DNA of 64,000 nucleotides, taken from Spizellomyces punctatus DAOM BR117 (Eukaryota). The translations under genes and the position numbers were made by a program. A model generated the notes under the pieces. The model saw only the letters and a program-made list of their open reading frames with translations, did not search any database and was not told where the DNA came from. The first letter of the stretch is position 1. Every line of letters starts with the position of its first letter. The stretch lies in assembly GCA_000182565.2 (NCBI GenBank), contig KQ257454.1. One strand, 5' to 3'. Shown here in pieces: positions 11,848 to 23,597 of the stretch.

Positions 11848-13025
11848 TTGGTCAGTGTAGATTTGGACTGAATGGAATAAACAAGCTTTGCTGCACAAAG
11901 TACGCAGTCAGGAGCTCACATCCTACACGTGACAATATTCTGTCAGCACAGGTTAATGTGAATCGAATCACTCCCCCCGGTGTGGCGCGGGCTGTCTCGT
12001 TATTATATAAACGCGCGCTTTTCACGTATGTTTTTTCCCACCCATCTTGACGCGAAAGAATTCATATCGAGTCCTACTTTGAAAGGAATCGACCGCTGGA
12101 TTGGCACTTGGGTCCTTTTGGAGTATTAGCGGGCCTCTGAACATGCTCTTTTGCTTGTTTCTTTCCCTGTCAATGGTTGCATTGTGACGCGAAACAACAC
12201 CTACCAAGACGGGATGTGAAAGTTCCCACACATGTAGATTTTCCAAAGAGTCATATTTGGTGAGTGTTTGTGTCATATTTGGCTGGAAAGCAAGGTATCT
12301 AAATAGTCACACTTGTAGGTTGCAAAGCATCACCACGAGATGTCAAATTCCCACGCACGCATTTTCAATACAGGATCATTGGTACCCTAGGAGTAACGTC
12401 AGTATGTTTGCAATGAAATCCTTTGCTGCGTGTCAGTGGTAGGTGGTGAAGGCTGTTCGTGTCCGTACCGGGCCGCTCATTCCTGCGGCGCACGCTGCTC
12501 GGACCAGCCACTCCAGGACCACTGGGATCACAAGAGTTCCCCTGCGAATAGGTTGTAATCCTGGTGCAATGCTGCCTCGGTTGCAACCGACTGCCCACAG
12601 GAGGTCGGAGGATCCTGACATTTGTCTCGGTCCTGGGAACTCTTCCAGTGCACGTCCTTCACCATTATAAACTTGCCATTCATTACGCCGTATCTGCAAT
12701 ACCATATTAAGTGTTGGATACCCATGCCCCGTTGGTATTCTGGATGCGCCGGTCTGGCAGTTTCACCACTGGCACGCTGTGGAACAGTATCACTCACGTT
12801 TTTTCATTCCGATTATTTTAGATAACCCCGCCGCGGCGGCAAAGGCATGCTGTGAAGTTGAAATAACGTAGACACCGGTAGCCGCCGGGGAACAGGAAAG
12901 CGAATACAATGCGCAGCCGTCAGGTCATAAACGGATTGATGACGGGGACGCACAGAACGGCCACTGGCTCTCGCACTGCTAGTTTAAAAATCATTTACGC
13001 ATCGCCTGAAGCAAACTTTACTGTG

Positions 13026-13662
13026 GTGAGTCTACTGAAATGCACACCTAAAAATATGACGAGTCTATCCAGTGATTAGGAGCCTCTTCCGATGTGGGTG
13101 GTCTCACAGATGGGGTGGAGCTGGCCATTTCCGCGCCAGATGTTGTTGTCGCAACAACGTGTACGCTCCAGCAGGTTACTGCGAGGAGTGGGGTGACTTG
13201 CTTTGACCTCCCAAGGCAAGTCATCCCACTCCTTGAGCCGAGCACTGTGCGAGAAATCGCGGGGATTAAGGAAGTCATCCTACACGTGGTGGATTCGTTG
13301 AGATGATGGATGGATGGTACATCCATAGCCGGGAAACCCCTTTGGATGCCGATCCACCAAACCATACAACTAGTATCGACTATTTCATCGGACAGATAAT
13401 GGGAACACAGCAGAAACACTTGTCCGATGAAATAGTCGATACTAGTTGTACAAAGGCCTGACCCGGTTGCGGTTTCGACCTAGCTTGGAGGTCTAGCATA
13501 AACCTCGGCCAGAGTTTGGTGACCCTATACCTGTCGGTGCAGGCGGTATGTAACTCCAAAGCGTTAGTCCTAGTCATGCCAAACTGCTTACTCTATAGGC
13601 TGTCAACCCGTTGTCTCATGAGGAAGTTGAGGGAAGGCGGGCGGCTATTAAACATGTTCTCA
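13026..13662 (+). pseudogene. Decayed copy of an unknown intron-containing gene family (second copy at 44633-45182 on the opposite strand)
   Basis: Aligns by eye with the reverse complement of 44633-45182; shared splice signals; mostly synonymous or conservative differences in frame ASSDVGGL..GVTCFDLP.QVIPLL; stops and indels present. Confidence 0.65.
13367..13448. mobile_element. 82-bp MITE with perfect 28-bp TIRs and TA target-site duplication (Tc1/mariner-type)
   Basis: TA|CAACTAGTATCGACTATTTCATCGGACA-26 nt-TGTCCGATGAAATAGTCGATACTAGTTG|TA; absent from the paralogous copy near 44850. Confidence 0.85.
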
Positions 13663-14469
13663 CACGTATATGTATGAGCGTATGTGTGAGAACATGTTCC
13701 ATAATCGCCCACTGTCCTTGACAAGATTGAGGGTGATTTTGGCTGTCATTCGAACGTGACTGGCTGGATGCTCGCCTCATTTCTTTTACTCTTAATTTAG
13801 TTACCACTGCAATTTTGACGAGCTCTACGTCCTGGTGTACGTCGGGTGTGAAGCGAATACAGTAATCGCAACTGGGTATTGCGGAACTCTGTTGAATGCT
13901 ACCCGATGCTTCTCGTCGACTGATCTGGTCAAATGAGTCAGGCATTATCGCTTGTCGGTTGTACCCGCACGACCTGTTGGCGATGTTCCTGACCAAATCA
14001 GCTACTGTTGAAACAATGGTAGCGAGTCTTCTCTTCTCCCGACGACCCATGATGTAGGTAAGGTCTGTCATTTAAGCTGTCCAGCAGCATTTTGATTGCC
14101 CATGATGCCTGCAGCCGCATACAGCATGTTCTGTATTGGTCGCACAAAGATGGACACTATCTTATTTTGAAAGATGGCGTATTTTTTGTGGAGGAACCAT
14201 GATTATATTTGCTGTAAGACGTACTGAGGAGATACAACGTCCTCGACGGACGCTTTACTTTATCGTGGAACTGGATTAGCTTGCCCAATAGCCCGAGTGG
14301 GAAAGCCGGGGCACCAAATGCAGGTTCAACATTGTATATGCAAGAAAATAAGAGGTTGACAGACAATTACACACTGTTGCACAGTCAAACCATCTTTTAC
14401 AGTATCCGTATTAGTGCACCCCAATAAATACCTCCCAAAATTCTTGTCAAAGCATGCAGTAAACCATTA

Positions 14470-14935
14470 ACTAGGGTGGAGATGTACCGGGTCCAGCACA
14501 ACCGACTCCAGACAACTTACTTTATAAGATTGGATATTGCAATGGGTAAGATGTGGACACTTGTCTGGGGTATTCCCATGTCGCTTTTCCAACAAGCTAG
14601 ACATGACAGCACCAAAACCCGGCGTACACACACTTCGGTGCTGTACATTGCGCGATCAATGCCGCTTCCAACAGGGATGGAAAAAGGTTGTGCAACGTGG
14701 GCAAAGCAGTCGCATCCTTCAAATCGACCCAAAATATACTGATACGAAACAAAAATATTCGTCCTCCCTACGGCGGCCCATCTCACAAAGGAGACTAGTG
14801 TCATGAAAACTATGGCATCAGAATACAGCGCTTAGAAATAGAATTACCGCTTTGCGTACTCGTGATTCAGTGGTCCACTTGGTCATGTAGTCCGACCGCA
14901 GAGCGACTCTAGTCTCGGTCCGGGCGGTCGGGGTC
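14470..14935 (+). repeat. Dispersed degenerate repeat, copy 1 (copy 2 at ~53905-54375), probably a decayed coding sequence
   Basis: Shared blocks gcatccttcaaatcga, gtgtcatgaaaactatgg.atcagaatacagcgct, taccgctttgc.tac, gcagagcga..ctcggtc.gggcggtcgg. Confidence 0.8.
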
Positions 14936-15819
14936 CTCGGGTGTAAGGGCCCCCCCCAAAGGGTTTCGGTCCCTTCGGCTTTTTGGGATTGTTTGTACTC
15001 GCATCCTTGATTTGGGTGTCATGGTTGAATCGTTAATACAGGGGAGGGGAACACGGACAACCGCCCCCCCCCCCCCCCCCCTTTTTATAAAGATTGGGGA
15101 TGTCAGTTGTTCGGGACAAAACGGGTTCTAGCAGCTGTTGAGTCAATTTCAATTATATCTATTTGGATAGTTTGTGGCCTGCCATCTCCTTCATATGCAC
15201 TTTCCGAAAGCCGGTTGCATTCATTGGTCATAAAGCATAGCAGGAACTTGACAGCTCGCCATAGGTAAGCATGCAACCACAATAGACAATTGAACGGTTA
15301 AAGTTGTTTAGTGTAAAAGGGTGGGCATGTCAAGTCTCTGCCAAATTCAAATCAGAGCAGCTTGACGTGAGTGTATGCTTGCGGTTAGGGCGTGGATCCC
15401 CACATGAGGGGCTTTTGGTGCTCGAGTTGATTGATACAGTCCGAGTGATGGTTGCAGTGGACAATCAGACATGCTAAAATACTTGTCATCAAGAGCTCGG
15501 TGAAAAGGTAAACAGGTTGGGAGTCGTATGACAAGTCTTATACCATGGCTTCTAGGACATTCAGCTCTAACGATGCTCTAGGCCATCTTTGGAAAGTCCA
15601 AAACGCGATGATTATCAAAGCATGAGTGATTACATGATCAGAGACACACAGAGACACCGCTGCGTGGCAGCCAATCAGCTTGCTGGAGAAAGAGTAGATT
15701 ATCTAATCCATAAACACGAATATAAAAGACGCCTCCCCCATCTCCCCCCCGCCTCTTGCTCAGCTCTGATTTTTCTCTTGATTTTTGGAGCGATATCTTT
15801 TTTTGCTATTTTTTTCACC

Positions 15820-17331
15820 ATGCCAAACTCCGTTAAGTCTAACGCGTCCTCGTAAGCATTCTTAAACATTTCGCGCTCAATTTTGCTTTGTTCTGATGTT
15901 TTATCTGTTCTGTTTTCACAGCAAGAATGGCCGTAACTACAGGCTTAAGCTTGTAAGCAATGACATTGTTGTGGACCGTCAGTCCTTCAACCGCTTGCTC
16001 AAGGAGCGCCGTCCCCGGGATCTCGTGATCCCGCCCCCCTCTCCAGCTGTACAGGCACTGGTAGAGCGTCTCTTGGCACGACGCCAAGTGTTGAAACGTG
16101 GCGCCTGTCTTGACGTAAGTACTATTGTACTTACAAAGACCGCTTTCATGGATCTGCGCCTGACAGCTTTTGGAATTGATCCATCTAGCTTGAACAGGAA
16201 ATGCCAGCGTATTTTGGCGACAACCCTGTTGTCCCGAAAGAAGTCAGCGATACCCTGTTTGATGTTTATGCTGACACCGACAAGTTTGAGGGTACGTTAA
16301 TAGCTTCATTGGAGAATGAGCGACAGGGATACTGATCTTTGGCGGCTACAGCGCAGCATGAGGTGGAATGGGCTCGGGTAAAAGTGCCCCTTCTCTCCAT
16401 GTTGAACCCGGGGGAGGTCTTTAACCATGCCTCGTAAGTAGTCGTACATTCTAGTTCAAGCAATGAGTCGCTTCCGTTATTGATGCATCGTACACTACTA
16501 CAGCGAGAGCCATCTGCTTGTCCTACCCCCAGGCACTGCTGAAGGACTGGCCCGGCCGAAACCCGACCTTTTACTCGGGTTCTATCGGCTGGGTCGCGCC
16601 AGTTACCGCCGGAACGCGTACACACTGGTGACCAGCAATGTTCTGCCCATTCGAGCCCAGTGTGGTGATGCCGATGGCCCCCACTTCCCCTTTTTTGTTC
16701 AAGAACGAAGAGCGGATAGAGGGACGGCGCTCGAGTGTCTGAACCAGCTGCTTGGCGGTCTCAGGACTGCCATGTATGCCTGGGAAATGGTACTCGAGCG
16801 GCAGAACATTGCCATCGTGGGTATGACGTTGGTGGGGTTCTACTTCAGCCTGTACGTGATGGGTTATGGCGAATGTGACGGCGAGGGCATGGTAAGAATT
16901 GTGTTCGCGTACTCCACTCGTACGCCACTAACATCCAACCGTTTTTGTAGTACGTAGCCTATCACATCACAGACTACTCTATCCTTGTGGATAGAGACTT
17001 GCCTCGTCTCATGTCTCTTATGGTTGCCGTGAAAGAGGAAGGGTTACGGCTCTTCAACTTTCTGTTGACCATCAAGTGGCAAGACTTGCAAGGTAGTCTG
17101 GATGATGGCGACAATGTGCCCGACCCCGATCCTGAGGGCGATGAGGAGGATGACGAGCGCGACAACGACCGGGCGGGGTTGTCCGAGCCCCGGCACAAGA
17201 AGCGTCGGCTTCGCCGTGCCGGAGCGAAGGATCCGGTCGTCGATAGCATCGCCAAGGTTCAAAGTTGGCTTCCTTTGGTAGTCCGACCGGAAGGCCCAGG
17301 CGCTGCTCCTGGAGCGGAGGATCTTGAGTGA
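15820..17331 (+). CDS. Six-exon 392-aa protein with PD-(D/E)xK/REase-like fold, acidic tract and NLS
   Basis: Exons 15820-15851, 15922-16114, 16189-16291, 16352-16433, 16504-16891, 16951-17331; all introns GT-AG, phases consistent, 1179 nt with no internal stop; motifs RPKPDLLLGF..HFPFFVQERRADRG..ECLNQLLGG; NLS PRHKKRRLRR; TATAAAA at 15721. Confidence 0.75.
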
Positions 17332-17399
17332 TGCCTCCCTTCGGGTCGTGATCGTTGGAGCCACCCGACTTTCCGTCCTCGAGGTAAGTCATTCCCGAA

Positions 17400-17810
17400 G
17401 AGGACGTGGTAGAAACTACACAGCGCAGTGGCCTAGCGGCTGGGCGAATCTGTGGGGCCACGCTGAGTCTGTGGGGCCACGCTGAGGGAAGTCGATATCC
17501 ATCGCGCGATACGGTAGCAAGTTCACAGCGCAGTGGCCTAGCGGCTGGGCGAATCTGTGGCGCCGTATTCCCGCCCAAAGGACGTGGTAGAAACTACACA
17601 GCGCGGTGGCCTAGCGGCTGGGCGAATCTGTGGGGCCACGTCGAGGGGTTCGATGCTCAATCGTGCAATATGGTAGCAAGTTCACAGCGCAGTGGCCTAG
17701 CGGCTGGGCGAATCTGTGGGGCCACGTCGAGGGGTTCGATGCTCAATCGTGCAATATGGTAGCAAGTTCACAGCGCAGTGGCCTAGCGGCTGGGCGAATC
17801 TGTGGCGCCA
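17400..17810 (+). repeat. Array of five 37-bp cores with two alternating linker types
   Basis: CACAGCGCAGTGGCCTAGCGGCTGGGCGAATCTGTGG at 17419, 17524, 17597 (one A>G), 17683 and 17769. Confidence 0.95.
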
Positions 17811-18121
17811 TGCTTTGTACGCATTTGGGTTAGTCGTTTTTGGGCTTCCAAAAGCGACTCTCGGGAGCACTTCGGCCGTTTAGAGGTCTAAACGGTGGGG
17901 GTGTAATGCAGCTGTACCCGTCCCAAGCCGGGGGCTCGTTTCTTTACGAAATGGGAATGCAGAGGGCACCTTTAAGTGTGGTCAATAACCCAAAACTGGC
18001 GGATTATATGTCAAATAGGCAGTCGTTGTAAAAGTGACGACACTTCAATCCAATCTAACTGGCACCTCCATCGTTACATTGCACCTATACAATAAAAAAT
18101 CTGTCTCTAATCTAATCACCC

Positions 18122-19789
<1,668 letters not shown>

Positions 19790-20520
19790 GTTTTCAAAGG
19801 ATTTCAAAGTTTAATGTTTTGAATGAGCTTTGCAAATGTCGTCCCGGACCAAGTCGCGTCATTTCCCATCGCTCCCCATCTTTGGTTGGTGTGGCTTGGG
19901 AGATTGAACTCTGGGGAACTTGGCAACATTTTCACAGTTTGTGAGGTCTGCTCTACATGGGGCATCTGTGAACGAGTGCAATGCAATAACACAACAAGGA
20001 CAAAGGGCATTCGTTTGGTGAAGACATGAGCGTGCGGCTCATCGTCTTGCGTTTGAGATTTCTGTCGTATCTTCCAACTTTGCCAGGAACTTTCGGGCAT
20101 TGTGTGTGCAAAGAGTGGTGACCCAGTAAACCTTCAGGGCTGCGGGAACGTAGTGATATATGGCCATTTGTTTGTTCAATTAAACAGTAAAGCATTGCAA
20201 AGGGCCAACCGTATAGGTCATGACCACTGTCCGTAGCTCTTACACCATAGTTGTGTGAATGATTTCCACCTTGTTTGTTGGCAAGAAATCGTACCAGAAC
20301 AGCTGCCTGATAGAGTCAAAGAAACCACAAAAGTTCATTTGTAGAGTTCTTCCAACTTTCGATATTTCAAAAAGGTGTCACTAGCAATAATTTCCCAGAT
20401 GGGATTGGACGTGACGACCTGGTTGCTTGTTAACCGCGTTACATTCACCTACATCGAATCCAATCCCTCCTCATCCAAGTCGCGCCCCACTTTCCCTCCA
20501 CCAACTCCATATCCACAAAA

Positions 20521-21196
20521 ATGAAGATGGTACGCATACCGCCTCTCCCATACCCCCTGCACAACCACTAACCAAATGCCCTCCACTGATCTCGTTACAC
20601 GCACTAGCTCAACCAAGAAGAAGAAGCCGATGCTGAAGTCACCTGGGAAGATCAACAAAATATAAACGCCTTCTCCCGCCTAAACATGAAGCTACAGAAC
20701 CTTGAAGAAGCATATGAAGAGAAAAAGGTCCTTGGATGCTTTTGGAGCACGTTGTAAATGTTGCTGTCTGAACGCGATCTTGTTTTTTGGTGTGTTTTAG
20801 AAGGAGAAGGAGTATTTGGATGATCTTTCAAGCGAGTTGGAGTTGGCTGATGAGGATGAACTGATAAAGTAAGCGATATATGCTGGAGATGGTCAGCAGA
20901 ATGTGACCGATAATCACTGAAACTGGGGGAAACGCAGGATACAGCCCTTTCAATCGGTCTTTGAAATCGATAAACTGACAATGTATGCTTCTCATCAATT
21001 CAGATACCGCATCGGAGACGCTTTCGTCTCCCTCCCCCTCAGCACTTGTCAAGAGCGTATTGAAGAAGAGCAATCCAACCTCTCCGACGAACTCGGACAA
21101 GTCAGCTCAAGAATTGGCGACATCACCGAAAAGATGAATCAGCTGAAAGTCATCCTGTACAAAAAATTTGGAAACTCCATCAACCTTGAGCGATGA
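20521..21196 (+). CDS. GIM3: Prefoldin subunit 4
   Basis: Spliced MKM|LNQEEEADAEVTWEDQQNINAFSRLN..YRIGDAFVSL..LKVILYKKFGNSINLER. Confidence 0.93.
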
Positions 21197-21395
21197 AATG
21201 TGAAATACTCAGTTTTCAATAAAAAAATAAACAAAAACAAATACTTCAATTTTTAACCCATTGCGTGACATAAATGCTAGGTTCAGTTAATGTACAAGTG
21301 TATCCTCTACTGCAGCGCTCTTTCTACTGTTCAACGCCAGGTGCCTGGGTCTGGTCGAACACTCTAAGAACCAGACCAAGCGAAAAGGGATTGGA

Positions 21396-23014
21396 TCATG
21401 GTACTTTGCTCCAATTTCGGCATAGTCCGAGAAGGGTGCGACATGCCTTTCCGGCTTCTACTCGAAGAGAAAAGTGTTTCCAGCTTCCTTTTGCGAGGTG
21501 GACTAACCGGGCATCATGGTGTGTGATGGGTTTGCTTCCCATGTTCCCATAGCCTTCGGGTCGTCCAGGGCTAATAACATTTGACGCGAACAATTAGATC
21601 ATTGCTCATCAGAAAGCGGAAGGCGTACCCATAAGAACGCACCTGAAGCCGGTAATGGGCAGAACCAGCACATCCCGAACCGTCTTCGACCGCCCACCAT
21701 CTTGAAGTCCACTCAAAGAATTCCAATTATACTGGCCCTCCTCCTCCACGTAATCAATTAGGACGTTTGTCCATCTATAAGGTCCTGTGAGCTGCAACGC
21801 ATCCGCCCCTTGTAGTGTCCCTTCGCTTGCCATTTGGTCTGCTGCTTTCGCCACGCTTTCGAGCATGTTGCTGAAAGCAGGATGCCCAGCTGCTCCAGCC
21901 AGAGCCCATTGGGTGAGTTCCACTGGATGGTCATACCCCATTCTCCAGTAGCTGTCTGAATCCACTGGTGTGTCCGCCTCAATACCGACAAGGAGGCGAA
22001 TAGGAGTATTGGGTTCAACAGGATGTAGCTCTCCATTGATGGGATCTCTCCAGGAGGTCACGTCGGTTGAGTTGACCCATTGGGATGGCCGACGTAGAGG
22101 CTTTGTATCGGCATCAGCATACTGATAACGCATATTAATCATCGGTCTGAGGCTCATGAAACATTAAATGCGCCCCAGAGACTCACCACTCCTCCAAACC
22201 ACTTCAAAACGAATATGCGAAAGGTATCTGCCCGCATTACGTTGGCGGGCAATCTTCGGTATCCCTCGTGCCATTGCGGCCATAGAGTTTTGATTGCATT
22301 GTCCATGCCGTCGTCATCCCACATGAAAAAGGCAGCATCCTCTCCCTGAGTCCAATTCCATACTGTATGATCGGGGATCGTTTTGCGTAACTGAACATCT
22401 GACATGTCAGACGAAGGAGGTTCTGCTGCCCACAGCCAACTTTCTACGCAGTCAAGCATCGCATCGGGCCATTGCTGTGCGCGAGTGGTTTTCCATGTTT
22501 GATGTATAATAAGAGGGATTTCCGTATGGGGTATCATGCGCCGCGAATCAGCTTTTGCAAGGTATGCAGCGAGCTGTGCGGCTTCCAAAATGGTGGCTGG
22601 AGTTGGGTTTATGTGTTCAGGTAAATCGGTCACATTATGAAGCCAGGATTCCGGGATTCTCCAACCTGAAGATGGTTATGATAGATCAAAGGTCAGTTGA
22701 ATGAAATATTGCAAAAGTGTAAGACGTGGGCTACAGTTTGACCCACAATACTTACTTCCTCCAGCGCCAGGTTGATAGAAGATTCGACGTCGGATCAGCG
22801 GTGGTAAAGGCTTTGACGAAATTTCCGTCTCCCCTTGTCTTGCTCCAGTACATAGCAGGAACACCACACAACACAGCACCAGGACAAAACCCAACCGTTT
22901 TGCAAAGCGGTTGCAGAACGACGGCAACGTTCGCTTTAACGATTCGGTCCCAAACCAGGAAGTAGAGCCGCACCGTTTAGTACTTGTTACGGCGGGTACC
23001 GGTAGATATCCCAT
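21396..23014 (-). CDS. Glycosyltransferase family 32 (OCH1/HOC1-like), type II membrane protein
   Basis: N-terminal TM segment; IPLIIHQTWK; MRADTFRIFVLKWFGGV|YADADT (DxD); VGIEAD; TQWALAGAAGHP; LTGPYRWT; VHLAKGSWK. Confidence 0.88.
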
Positions 23015-23597
23015 TTCTAAAGTCAAGCGGGCAAAATGTCCACCCACTAGACCTTCCCCTTCCACTGAAGGGAGACGATGCAGGCCACCACGCACACAAA
23101 AGACTCTTGTCCCAGCTGTAAATGTTTCTCGGCTCTCAAGAATAAAACAACAAACAAAACAAAAACAATAAAACTAGTAACTTTGGAGGTTTCCGTTTCG
23201 AAGGCGAAATTATTGGCCGCCCAGCCCCAAAACCCAAAAAACGCAGAGCCCAAAAGCAGCGGGGGGGCCAAATTCTAAGTGATTTTAATTGAGAAAGTTC
23301 CCCTCCGCGCTGTGCCCATAAACAGCATTGCTGTGCCATCTAATACCGTGATTGTGCCACCGTCTAAATGGGCGCGTCCTACTGACGACAACACCTTACG
23401 TACGCAAGACTCCGATTCCCTGCAAGACCCGCCTCCCTTCGAGAAGCGCGTCCTTTGAGTTGTCATCGTGTTTTGCCCTGGCATGCTTGGATCGGGGACC
23501 AGGGATTGTTTGGATAAACATAGCACTTTGGCAGGTGCTTACATAGCATAAACAAAACAAACAAAACAAGGGACAACCTTAAAAAATTATTGATATC

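Noticed and set aside
12050..12830. Coding gene on the - strand
   Set aside because: Only short broken frames with no recognisable motif; at most a decayed relic.
13616..14071. 151-aa ORF
   Set aside because: No recognisable domain or supporting exon structure; lies in decayed sequence.
17400..17810. True CRISPR array
   Set aside because: Linkers are repeated (two types; the last two are identical) rather than unique spacers, no cas genes are present, and the context is eukaryotic.
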